Source: Planctomycetota bacterium
GTDB taxonomy: Bacteria > Planctomycetota > UBA1135
Direction: 5' to 3'
Length of the DNA stretch: 64,000 bases
Assembly: GCA_045047305.1 (NCBI GenBank)
Contig: JASFYO010000003.1
Location: 1-64,000 of the forward strand
Part shown: piece after piece, positions 47,828-56,563 of the stretch
Numbering within the stretch: position 1 is the stretch's first letter
Layout: each line of letters begins with the position of its first letter
The notes under the pieces: generated by a model
Told to the model about the DNA's origin: nothing
The model's database searches: none
Seen by the model: only the letters and a program-made list of their open reading frames with translations
Translations under genes and position numbers: made by a program

Positions 47828-48819
47828 GCGACGACACGGCTAAGCTCCAAGGCTCTCTCTTTGCCCGCTTTTTTGCGTTAGGCCCCTATGCGCTTGCAGC
47901 CGTTTGGAGTGGCATGGCTCCGACCCAGGCGCTGATGCTAGCGCTCTTACTGGAGTTGCTTTCTCCGGCTGGAACGCAACCGTTGCGCATGGCGGTGCGC
48001 CATTTCGTGTTATGGGGCGTTTTGCTTTTGCTGCTGCCGGACCCATTCGCCTGGTGGTTGGCGCCGGCCTGGTGCTTGCTTTTGGTTGGCACTCATCGGT
48101 GGTGGTCACAGTCGCCACGCCTTGCAGGCCTCTTGGCAGCCATTCTGCTGTTGCCCGCCTTGCTCGACGTTATCGCCCGCCTTGACCCCTCGCATGCGGT
48201 TACGAGCGCAGGGGTGCGCAACCCTTGGGTGGCTCAGCCAGGTCACGAAAATTATGGGGCGCGTCTGGAACTCGCTGGGATGGGCATCGTGATTCCGGCT
48301 TCAGCAGAACCGTTGGCGCTGCAAGCAAGTGCCAAGGAGCGAGCCCGGGCATTAGGATTCCTTGCCGTTTCCATGCTGCTTTTACTTGCCCTAAGCCGAC
48401 GTCGGCATCCTGCGGCGAATCTCGTGGGATTGCTGCCGCTAGTGCTAGCCTATGCCTTATTCCGGCCAGCGCAAAATCAAAGTCTATGGCTGCAAGTGCA
48501 GGAGGATGGTGATTGGCAGGTCCTCACCTTCTCCTGGCCGCTCGAGGTAGAGGAAGGCAGTGGAAAGCTGATTTATGAGCAGCGGGCGCCTGTCGCGGGA
48601 GATTTGTGGCCCACGGCTGCCGTCGCGACGGTGGAACGTGGTCCGCTTTTGGCCCCCAAGGAGTCGGGGGAGGAGGGTATCCTGTCGCTCTTACGCCATT
48701 GGGCGGACGCCAGAATTGACCCTGGAGAGAGTTTCGGTACTGAAAATGTGCCCTCAGCAACGAAATCTAGCTGGGAAATAGATTCTCGGGGTGTTCTTGT
48801 GCTCCGGGCCTTGCCGTAA
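47824..48819 (+). CDS. Hypothetical integral membrane protein
   Basis: Several hydrophobic segments; GTG start overlaps the upstream stop. Confidence 0.65.
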   Translation: MSDDTAKLQGSLFARFFALGPYALAAVWSGMAPTQALMLALLLELLSPAGTQPLRMAVRHFVLWGVLLLLLPDPFAWWLAPAWCLLLVGTHRWWSQSPRLAGLLAAILLLPALLDVIARLDPSHAVTSAGVRNPWVAQPGHENYGARLELAGMGIVIPASAEPLALQASAKERARALGFLAVSMLLLLALSRRRHPAANLVGLLPLVLAYALFRPAQNQSLWLQVQEDGDWQVLTFSWPLEVEEGSGKLIYEQRAPVAGDLWPTAAVATVERGPLLAPKESGEEGILSLLRHWADARIDPGESFGTENVPSATKSSWEIDSRGVLVLRALP

Positions 48820-48877
48820 GTCCTTGGCCGGCATAGAATGCTCGGCCGTTTGTGCGGATTACCGCCCGGAAAAGAAG

Positions 48878-49309
48878 ATGCGTCCCAAGACTCCTCATCT
48901 CAATTCGATGACCATTGCCCGTGAGTGGCATTTGGTTGATGCCGAGAACAAAGTTCTCGGTCACGTCGCCACCCAGATCGCCATGATCTTGATGGGTAAG
49001 CATAAGCCTACCCACTCAGACCATTTTGATTGCGGTGACAACATCGTTGTCGTTAACGCCCAGAAGGTCACTGTGACTGGCACCAAAGCCGAAGACAAGA
49101 CCTATCGTCGCCACACGGGTTATCCCGGCGGGCGTCGCGAGGATCGTTATAGCGATTGGATTGAAAGCCACCCTGAGCGCATCATCCTTAAGGCTGTGCA
49201 GCGCATGCTTCCGAAGAACAAGCTTGGTCGTCAACTGATCAAGAAACTCCACGTGTACGGTGGTGCGGATCATCCTCACACCGCTCAGCAGCCCCAGCCA
49301 CTCGCCTGA
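48878..49309 (+). CDS. rplM: 50S ribosomal protein L13
   Basis: WHLVDA..KVLG, GKHKP, DCGD, HTGYPGG, MLPKNKLGR. Confidence 0.97.
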   Translation: MRPKTPHLNSMTIAREWHLVDAENKVLGHVATQIAMILMGKHKPTHSDHFDCGDNIVVVNAQKVTVTGTKAEDKTYRRHTGYPGGRREDRYSDWIESHPERIILKAVQRMLPKNKLGRQLIKKLHVYGGADHPHTAQQPQPLA

Positions 49310-49318
49310 TCCTTAGCG

Positions 49319-49843
49319 ATGGAAGATAAAGATAAAAACGCAGAAGGGAACTCTCCTGTCCTTACTCTTGGCGCCGAAGATGGCACCACCAGCGAGGAAA
49401 CGGTAGAGGAACTGCCGCAGATTGACCCTCTTGGTCGCTTAGTCGACCTCATCCCAAACACTTATCACTGGGGTACCGGCCGTCGTAAGAATGCCGTCGC
49501 TCGTGTCCGGGTTCGCCCAGGCAGTGGTCAGTTCACCGTCAACGGCAAGACTCTTAACGATTACTTCCCACGCGGAGTCGATCAGAGTGCATGTCATGCA
49601 CCTTTGGTTTCACTTTCCGTGATGAAAAAGGTCGATGTCTTCGTGAATACTCACGGTGGTGGCAACACTGGGCAAGCTGGCGCAGTAAAAATGGGTTTAA
49701 GCCGCGCACTGTTGGCACTCTACCCAGATGCGCATGGTGTGCTTGCTGAAGCCGGTCACTTCACCCGTGACCCACGGATGGTGGAGCGCAAGAAATACGG
49801 TCGTCACGGCGCACGTCGTGGTCACCAGTGGGGCAAGCGCTAA
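49319..49843 (+). CDS. rpsI: 30S ribosomal protein S9
   Basis: GTGRRKNAVARV, GGGNTGQAGA, TRDPRMVERKKYG, C-terminal KR. Confidence 0.97.
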   Translation: MEDKDKNAEGNSPVLTLGAEDGTTSEETVEELPQIDPLGRLVDLIPNTYHWGTGRRKNAVARVRVRPGSGQFTVNGKTLNDYFPRGVDQSACHAPLVSLSVMKKVDVFVNTHGGGNTGQAGAVKMGLSRALLALYPDAHGVLAEAGHFTRDPRMVERKKYGRHGARRGHQWGKR

Positions 49844-49863
49844 ATCCAGCCTTGGACCCTTTC

Positions 49864-49898
49864 AAGACCGCCGGTTTATACCGGCGGTCTTCGTTTTT
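49864..49898 (+). terminator. Intrinsic terminator of rplM-rpsI
   Basis: Stem AAGACCGCCGGT / TTAT / ACCGGCGGTCTT followed by CGTTTTT. Confidence 0.85.
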
Positions 49899-49975
49899 AT
49901 GGGCAGCAAGGCTTTGGCCGCACCTGCCGACTGTGTAATCTGATAGCAGAAGTTCGAACTCGAACCCCTTAGAAC

Positions 49976-50704
49976 ATGGCAGGCCACTCTCACTGGGCAA
50001 ACATCCAGCGCAACAAATCGAAAGTCGATGCGAAGCGCGGGAAAGTTTTTAGCAAATGGGCAAAGCTCATTATGTCGGCAGCACGCACCGGCGGCAGCGA
50101 CCTCTCGATGAACCTGGCATTGCGCTATGCCGTTGACCGCGCCAAGGCAGATAACATGCCGAAGGATTCGATTGAGCGCGCGATTAAGAAAGGCGCAGGC
50201 GAACTCGATGGCCAAGCCTTGGAAGAGGTGGTTTACGAGGCCTATGCTCCTGGGGGGGTGGCCATCATCATTGAGGCGCTTACGGATAACCGTAATCGCA
50301 CCGCTCCGAACATTCGCACCATCTTTACCAAGCGTGGTGGAAGTATGGCCACATCTGGATCGGTCGCATTCATGTTCAAGAAGCGTGCCCTGTTCGCAAT
50401 GGAGCGCGGCACCATCGGCGAGGACGAGATGATGGACTTTGCCTTGGAAAACGGTGCTGATGATGTCACTACCGATGATCCTGAAATCTACGGCATTGAT
50501 GCGCCACCGGAAGAATACATGAACCTTGTCACGGCTTTTGCCGCTAAGGAATGGATACCGATGGATGCTGGCCTGCGCTTTGTCCCAGACAACTACATTC
50601 CCATCGACGCTGAAGCTGCTGAAAAACTTCAGACCATGATTGATCTCCTCGAAGACGACGAAGACGTTCAAGCTGTTCACCACAACGCCGAGTTCCCTGA
50701 GTAA
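49976..50704 (+). CDS. yebC: YebC/PmpR family protein
   Basis: MAGHSHWANI, NMPKDSIERAIKK, YEAYAPGG, TDNRNRT, DDEDVQ. Confidence 0.96.
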   Translation: MAGHSHWANIQRNKSKVDAKRGKVFSKWAKLIMSAARTGGSDLSMNLALRYAVDRAKADNMPKDSIERAIKKGAGELDGQALEEVVYEAYAPGGVAIIIEALTDNRNRTAPNIRTIFTKRGGSMATSGSVAFMFKKRALFAMERGTIGEDEMMDFALENGADDVTTDDPEIYGIDAPPEEYMNLVTAFAAKEWIPMDAGLRFVPDNYIPIDAEAAEKLQTMIDLLEDDEDVQAVHHNAEFPE

Positions 50705-50708
50705 ACCT

Positions 50709-51620
50709 ATGCCTGCCCGCTCCCTGACCATCCTTTCCGCTGACGCCTCTGTCATCGCTGCTTGCCAAGAGGCTGCCCAAATCGCCGGCGCCGTTGTCGG
50801 TGAGGTGACTCATCACGCTGACACCGCTGCGCTTGCCACAGCGGGCACCATCGATGGACTGGTGGTAGTAGACCCCGCCTTCATGGCTCCATTGAGCATC
50901 CAGGAATGGGCCTTGGGTTTCCTGCGTGAACATCGCGTACTGCTATTTTTGCTCACCAATGGAAACGCTGCAGACGCCGATGGCCTAGCTCGTTTTGTGG
51001 GTGCGCAAGGCGCTTTGTCTTTGCCGCTGCAGGCCGATGCCTTGGCCAGTTACCTTGCTTCTCCATTCGGCGCGCCGACTGCCATGCGCCCTGAAAAACT
51101 GGAAGTCCCCGATGCCGCCACTCTAGGCGCCAGCATCGGCGAAATCCTCAAAGGTCGCGAGCCTGAAGCTCGTGAACGTTTCCTGTCTGCTGTGGCTGAT
51201 TCCGAGACTGGGCTACACACTCCAGAGTTCTGGGAGCACCGCCTCGAAGAAGAATTCAAGCGTTCCTCCCGTTTCCGTTTTCCGCTAGGCCTCGCTGCCT
51301 TCACTTGGGAGGGAGAAATCGATGACGATGCCATGCTCGATTTGGCCGGTATCCTGCTGCTCGACACCCGTGACGTCGATGTTGCCACCCGCATTGGTCA
51401 CCGGACCTTGGTTGCGATGCTGCCGCACACTGGGCCAGAAGGTACGCGCCTCTTTGCTGAGCGCGTCCTGCAGGGCATCCAAGGCCGCGGTTTGCGTGAC
51501 TTACTAGGCGAGAGCCTAGAGGTGTCCACTGCAGTCGCTGTGGCCCCAGACAGCAATCTAGCCAACTCTCACGCTTTCTTGGCTATGGTCCTGCCACAGG
51601 AAAGCGAAATGAGCGCCTAG
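50709..51620 (+). CDS. Pseudo-receiver plus degenerate GGDEF protein
   Basis: D.ETGL, EEEFKRSSRF, RDVD I-site, GHRTL in place of GGDEF. Confidence 0.7.
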   Translation: MPARSLTILSADASVIAACQEAAQIAGAVVGEVTHHADTAALATAGTIDGLVVVDPAFMAPLSIQEWALGFLREHRVLLFLLTNGNAADADGLARFVGAQGALSLPLQADALASYLASPFGAPTAMRPEKLEVPDAATLGASIGEILKGREPEARERFLSAVADSETGLHTPEFWEHRLEEEFKRSSRFRFPLGLAAFTWEGEIDDDAMLDLAGILLLDTRDVDVATRIGHRTLVAMLPHTGPEGTRLFAERVLQGIQGRGLRDLLGESLEVSTAVAVAPDSNLANSHAFLAMVLPQESEMSA

Positions 51621-51641
51621 TTCAATGCTAAAGTGAAGGGC

Positions 51642-52634
51642 ATGAAACGTGCTCTTCTCTATGCAGCGGTGCTGGCTTTCGGGGCATCCGAAGCTTCTGC
51701 GCAATTGCCGGTCGGTGCCAAGGCACCGGAAATCGAAGCCAAGGCTTGGTTTAATGGACCAGCAGGTGAAAGCCTCTCAGATCTGCGTGGTCGGGTGGTC
51801 TTCATCGAAATGTGGGCGACTTGGTGAGGCCCTTGTACCAAACAGATCCCACACCTCGTTGAGGCATGGGCAGAGTTCGAACCCAAGGGACTAGTCATGT
51901 GGGCTTTGACCCGGGAATTCACTGGCATCGTGGAGAAGCACATTGAAACCCACGGGATGACCTATCCCATTGGTGCCGGCGCAAAGGGCATCGATAGTTA
52001 TGGCTCCAAAGGCATCCCACAAGCGTTCTTGGTTGACCACACGGGCACCATCATTTGGGTTGGGCGACCTTGGGATACCGATTGGCCTGAGCGTGTCGAC
52101 CGAGCTTTGGCGCAGGCTGCGCTGATGGCGGATGCATGGGTCATCGGTGAACACCCTGAGTTTCTCGACAAGGCCGCTGCACTTGCAGCCAAGGGCGAGA
52201 TGGGCAAGGCGTGGAAGGAAAGCGAAAGGCTGTTGGCGAATCAGGTTGAGTCGCCGCAGGAGATTGCCCACGTACGGAATTTCCAAACAAGCTTTGGAGT
52301 GCGCGTGGAAGCGCAAGACGGCTATATCGAGTCTCTCGGGGAGGAAGGCCGTTATCAGGAAGCCAGTGATTACCTGAAGGCGCGCATCAAGGTCTTTAAG
52401 GGAGCGCCCGCCGCTACGAAATGGACTGTTCAGCTAAAAGTTTGGGGCAAGGATTCCGCCATCAAAACCATGATGAAGTTGGATAAGAAGCGTCTTGATG
52501 CTTTAGAGAAAGCCTATGCCGGTGATGCCGATAAAGCGAAGAAGGCTTTACGCGCATTGATGGCCAAGGCGAAAGGTACGGCTTTGGAAGCAACTATGGA
52601 GAGCGCTTATCTCTTGGTTGCAGAAATGGAATAA
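51642..52634 (+). CDS. Exported TlpA/thioredoxin-like selenoprotein (U62-x-x-C) with helical C-terminal extension
   Basis: WATW-TGA-GPC in frame; the frame runs from signal peptide through TlpA motifs (GIPQAFLVD..G.I) to the stop at 52634; hairpin after the UGA. Confidence 0.85.
51848..51870 (+). promoter_or_regulatory. Candidate bacterial SECIS hairpin
   Basis: CCCA-CA-CCTC-[GTT]-GAGG-CA-TGGG; apical loop G lies 30 nt after the UGA at 51825-51827. Confidence 0.55.
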
Positions 52635-52664
52635 GCGCTACCGCACCACACCATCGCGGGCTTT

Positions 52665-53255
52665 CTACTCCTCTGGATGACGGAAGTCCGCGATTTTCCA
52701 TTCCGTCGCGAGTTCGAATCCGCTGATGTCAGGTTGGGCGCCAAGGCTGCGAATGGCGGAATCGCTGAGCTCGATGGATAGGCGCTTACCTTGGAGCTGA
52801 ATCAGTTCCTGCGGGGAGCGGCTCAGGATGGAGCCAGTGCGGCGGCCATCCGATTCGGTGACGTCGTAGAAGTATTGCGGGAGCATCCATAGTCCGACGA
52901 TTTCGCGCGATCCAACACCCCACCAAATGGTGACGCCGAGCTCGGCCTGCTCGATGCGTAACGGCTCGAGCAAGTGCGCACGGCCGGCGTAGGATCCAAG
53001 TTCTTCGCGAATTTCTGGGCGGGATAGCAGATAGAGGTCGAAGGTCGCCCCATAGCGAGTCTTAAGCTCTTCCCCGAGGCAGCGGTACTCAGCCGCGCCG
53101 TCGTTGCAGGACATGGCGGCAAAAAAGCTCTCACCTGCGCGTTCGGCATTGTGGAAATCCGGCGACAAGACCAAGGCTTGGGTCGCTGGAGGACATGCTT
53201 GGCAAGCTCCGGGAGCAAGAGCTAGCAGCAAGAGAAGCGGAAACGGGACACGCAC
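52665..53255 (-). CDS. Hypothetical lipoprotein
   Basis: Hydrophobic leader ending PGAC; fills the gap between convergent and divergent neighbours. Confidence 0.7.
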   Translation of the reverse strand: MRVPFPLLLLLALAPGACQACPPATQALVLSPDFHNAERAGESFFAAMSCNDGAAEYRCLGEELKTRYGATFDLYLLSRPEIREELGSYAGRAHLLEPLRIEQAELGVTIWWGVGSREIVGLWMLPQYFYDVTESDGRRTGSILSRSPQELIQLQGKRLSIELSDSAIRSLGAQPDISGFELATEWKIADFRHPEE

Positions 53256-53278
53256 CTAGTTATATTGGACAGTTCCTC

Positions 53279-54325
53279 ATGAAACGGCAATCCCTGCTTC
53301 CACGACTTTTTCAATTTCTTGCTCTGGCCTGCCTGAGTTTGCTTCCAGCCTGCACCGAGGAACCACCGCCGCAAGGGCTGAGCTTCGAGCAACCAATCCT
53401 GGATTTAGGTGAATTGTGGGCCGGGGAGGTGCTGGCTTTGGAGTTTCCGTTCCGTGTGACTGGAAGTGAGGCTCGAATCGACCGCGCCTTGCCTGATTGC
53501 GGTTGTTTACGCGCCCGCATTGAGGTCGATGGCAAGCCAGTGGCCTTTGGCACCACCCTCGCTGCAGGGACTAAGGGCGTCTTGGCAGTGGATTATCACA
53601 CTGCCGGCTTTCAGGGACGTAAGTTCACTGCGATGGAAGTCACTGGGGAGGGCGTCGGCCTGCCTCTAAAGCTGGAAGTACAAAGCTGGTTGCGGCCCTG
53701 GTTCGAGGCAACCCCACGTTTTGCGGATTTTGGTCAGGTCCAAGGTGATGTCGAGGAGGTGGTGCAAATCACCGTGGTGGGGCAAGAGCCCTTCAAAATC
53801 ACCGAGATTCTGGGTACGGCGCCTCCGCTTCAGGTGCGTGGTTTGCCCAGTCTAGAATCGAGCTTGGAACACACCTTTTCGGTGGTTCTGCCCCCAACCA
53901 CTGCGGAGGGGCAACATTACGGGGTGTTAAACTTTGGAACCGACCGTGAAGGCTTTACCTTTACGGTGCCCGCAAGCTATCGGGTGGCGGGGCTTTTGTG
54001 GACGATTCCAGACGACAAGGTCCTACTCGGCCAGCTGCATGAGGGAGTAGAGTTTTTCACTCAAGTGGAGGTAGGGGTGCGCGCCGGGCACCTAGATGTG
54101 CCTCAGGTAGTGACTAAGGGGCTCCCTGGCGCAGTAGTTCGGATAGAAACCGTGGTGGCAGGTAGCCGTTATCGGGTACAGTTAGGCCTAACCCCAGAAG
54201 CCAAGAACATCGGTGGTGAGCTCATCCTTAGTTTGCCCTATACCGATCACACGGGGAAATTAGAGATGCGTGAACGCCGCCTACGCGTTTATGCTGCCGT
54301 TGAAAAAAACAAAGAAGATGAATAA
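53279..54325 (+). CDS. DUF1573 Ig-like lipoprotein 1
   Basis: LPAC lipobox; DLG.....EFPF.......PDCGC; repeated P...FG Ig modules. Confidence 0.78.
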   Translation: MKRQSLLPRLFQFLALACLSLLPACTEEPPPQGLSFEQPILDLGELWAGEVLALEFPFRVTGSEARIDRALPDCGCLRARIEVDGKPVAFGTTLAAGTKGVLAVDYHTAGFQGRKFTAMEVTGEGVGLPLKLEVQSWLRPWFEATPRFADFGQVQGDVEEVVQITVVGQEPFKITEILGTAPPLQVRGLPSLESSLEHTFSVVLPPTTAEGQHYGVLNFGTDREGFTFTVPASYRVAGLLWTIPDDKVLLGQLHEGVEFFTQVEVGVRAGHLDVPQVVTKGLPGAVVRIETVVAGSRYRVQLGLTPEAKNIGGELILSLPYTDHTGKLEMRERRLRVYAAVEKNKEDE

Positions 54326-55493
54326 GCGTCACCTGTTAAGCCTCGTCCTGCTGGGACTGTTGCCGTTTTTGCCTTCCTGTGGGGCAGATGCGAAAGATGC
54401 TACTCCAACCGCAGTCGCCCAGGACGGCGGTAGTCATGCAGGCCATGATCATGCTACAGGCGAACAAGAGCCGCTCGAGCCTTTGCTCGGTAGTGGGTCC
54501 AGGAGTGACCTCGTTTTCGATGCGCTTGAAGTGGACCTTGGTGGCGTTTATCAGCATCACACCTACCCGCTGGAATTCCCGTTTGTGGTAGACGGTCCAG
54601 ACCCTGTTTTATTGACCGAGTTGGATACTTCTTGTGGTTGCACCGAAGCCTTCACACGGCCCGATTGGGATTTAGAGGTAGAAGGCGAGAAGTGGCCTTT
54701 GAATAAGGAGATTCCGGCAGGTGCACGTGGCGCGATTGCTGCCACCTTTGATGCCGGCCGTTATAAAGATGAAAAGGCATCCACGATTACGGTGCGTGGA
54801 AACTTTTTGTCGCGGCGCATCACCTTGGGGGTGAAAGCCAACATTACTCCTGTGTTTGAAATGGAGCCACGGATTGTTCAGTTTGGCGACATTCTCTCTG
54901 GCACTTTACGCGAAGGAAATCCAACCCGAGAGGTCCGCGTCACTGCGATGAAGGACTTTAGTATCACGCGTTGGAAACGTACCCCTCCAGGTGTTTTGAT
55001 CAAGAAGAAAGACGTTTCAGAAGTGATGGAGGACGGGCGTGTCGTGCACACCTTTATCGTGACCGCTGGCCCCGATATGCAGGAAGGTCGCATGGCCTCA
55101 AGCTTTATCGGTGAAACTGATTTAGGCATTGAGCTGGAGTTCATGGTCAATGCCTCGGTGCTTGGAGCGGTTAAATACGCGCCTGCCACCCGGGTTGCGT
55201 TTGGCATTTTTGACCAAGGCACTGCAAAGCATCGGACCATCAAAATTGAGTCGACCCAAGGTGCAATCAAGCTTCCCGCGCCGCGCTTAGAAGTGGTCGG
55301 CGATGCGGCAGACGTCATCCAGGCGGAACTAGAAACGGTCACTGCGGAGCAGCACTACACCGTGCGTCTGACGATCCCTGAAGAGGCACCCTTTGGGAGC
55401 TACAACGGCGTACTACGCATCATTTATCCGGAAGGCTCCGGCATCGCGCAAAAGGAAGTGATGCTGAACGCCCGGATTCGCAAGCCTAGGTGA
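54318..55493 (+). CDS. DUF1573 Ig-like lipoprotein 2
   Basis: LPSC lipobox, His-rich SHAGHDH, TSCGCT motif. Confidence 0.8.
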   Translation: MNKRHLLSLVLLGLLPFLPSCGADAKDATPTAVAQDGGSHAGHDHATGEQEPLEPLLGSGSRSDLVFDALEVDLGGVYQHHTYPLEFPFVVDGPDPVLLTELDTSCGCTEAFTRPDWDLEVEGEKWPLNKEIPAGARGAIAATFDAGRYKDEKASTITVRGNFLSRRITLGVKANITPVFEMEPRIVQFGDILSGTLREGNPTREVRVTAMKDFSITRWKRTPPGVLIKKKDVSEVMEDGRVVHTFIVTAGPDMQEGRMASSFIGETDLGIELEFMVNASVLGAVKYAPATRVAFGIFDQGTAKHRTIKIESTQGAIKLPAPRLEVVGDAADVIQAELETVTAEQHYTVRLTIPEEAPFGSYNGVLRIIYPEGSGIAQKEVMLNARIRKPR

Positions 55494-56563
55494 AATTTAG
55501 AGTCTGCGCGGTGGTTTTCACGCTGGGAGCGCTTGTCCATTCCAGTTGCCAAGTTCCGCTGCAGCATCCTGCTGAGCATGCTTCTGACACGCAGGGCAGC
55601 TTGCGTTTTGAGCATACGTTGATGGATCTTGGTGATGTCTTTCAGCATCACCAGTATGTCGTGCGCTTTCCCTTTACCGTGGTAGGGGAAGGCCCCGTGC
55701 GATTCTCCGCACTAGAGGCCGGCGTTGGACTGACAGACGCCTTTGGCGCCCCCGAAAAAAAGCTCCACCAATGGCTGCCGTTGGGATACCAAGGTGAAAT
55801 CGTGGCGACCTTTGATGCTGGCCGCTACCAGAATAGGAAGGCATCGCATCTTTTGGTGCGCGGGGATTTTGAAGCTCAGACGGTGGTTCTGACGGTCGAG
55901 GCCTACGTGCACCCCGTTTTCCGCGTGTCGCCCCGGATACTTCAGTTTGGAGATGTACTGAAGTCGGATTGGAAAGAAACCCCTCCTGAACGCATCGTGG
56001 CCATCGAGGCCATCCGTGATTTTGAGGTCCTGGAATGGATTCGCAAACCACCTGGAATGCGCATTGAAGATGCGGGGAAAACGATTTCGGGTGAAAATGG
56101 GAGCGTGATGCAGAGATACCGCGTCTCGCTAAGCCCCAACATCGCTGAAGGCCGCAGCTCCAGTAGTTTCCTTGCTGAGACTAGCCTGGGCGTAAGACTG
56201 GAATTTTTGGTGAACGCCAACATCCTGGGCCATGTGAAGTACAGCCCGAACTCTAGGATTGCGTTTGGGATTTTTGATCAAGGTGCTGCCAGGAAGCGCA
56301 CCATGCGGGTGGAGTCGACTCCCTTGCTTCAGCCCAATATGCTGCCCAAGCCCGAAGTGGAAATACTCGGGGATGCTGCCAAAGTCATGCAAGTGGAAGT
56401 GATGACGGTAAATGAGGATAGCTGGTATGAAATCACGGTGAACATAGGTGATCAGGCCCCAGCGGGAAGCTATAACGGCGTACTGCGCTTGACGTACCCC
56501 GAAGGTTCGGGGCTAGCGCCGAAAGAAATGATTCTGAACGCCCGCATCCGGCTCCCACGTTGA
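55490..56563 (+). CDS. DUF1573-like lipoprotein 3 (paralog of 2, CGC lost)
   Basis: Shares DLG.V.QHH, ATFDAGRY, AFGIFDQG, GSYNGVLR..YPEGSG, LNARIR.PR with the preceding gene. Confidence 0.78.
   Translation: MKFRVCAVVFTLGALVHSSCQVPLQHPAEHASDTQGSLRFEHTLMDLGDVFQHHQYVVRFPFTVVGEGPVRFSALEAGVGLTDAFGAPEKKLHQWLPLGYQGEIVATFDAGRYQNRKASHLLVRGDFEAQTVVLTVEAYVHPVFRVSPRILQFGDVLKSDWKETPPERIVAIEAIRDFEVLEWIRKPPGMRIEDAGKTISGENGSVMQRYRVSLSPNIAEGRSSSSFLAETSLGVRLEFLVNANILGHVKYSPNSRIAFGIFDQGAARKRTMRVESTPLLQPNMLPKPEVEILGDAAKVMQVEVMTVNEDSWYEITVNIGDQAPAGSYNGVLRLTYPEGSGLAPKEMILNARIRLPR

Noticed and set aside
49862..50755. 297-aa minus-strand ORF
   Set aside because: Antisense to the conserved yebC and crosses the rpsI terminator.
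51633..52634. Two separate ORFs, or a TlpA pseudogene
   Set aside because: Same frame, a single TGA exactly at the catalytic Cys, no other lesion and a hairpin downstream; Sec recoding is more parsimonious.
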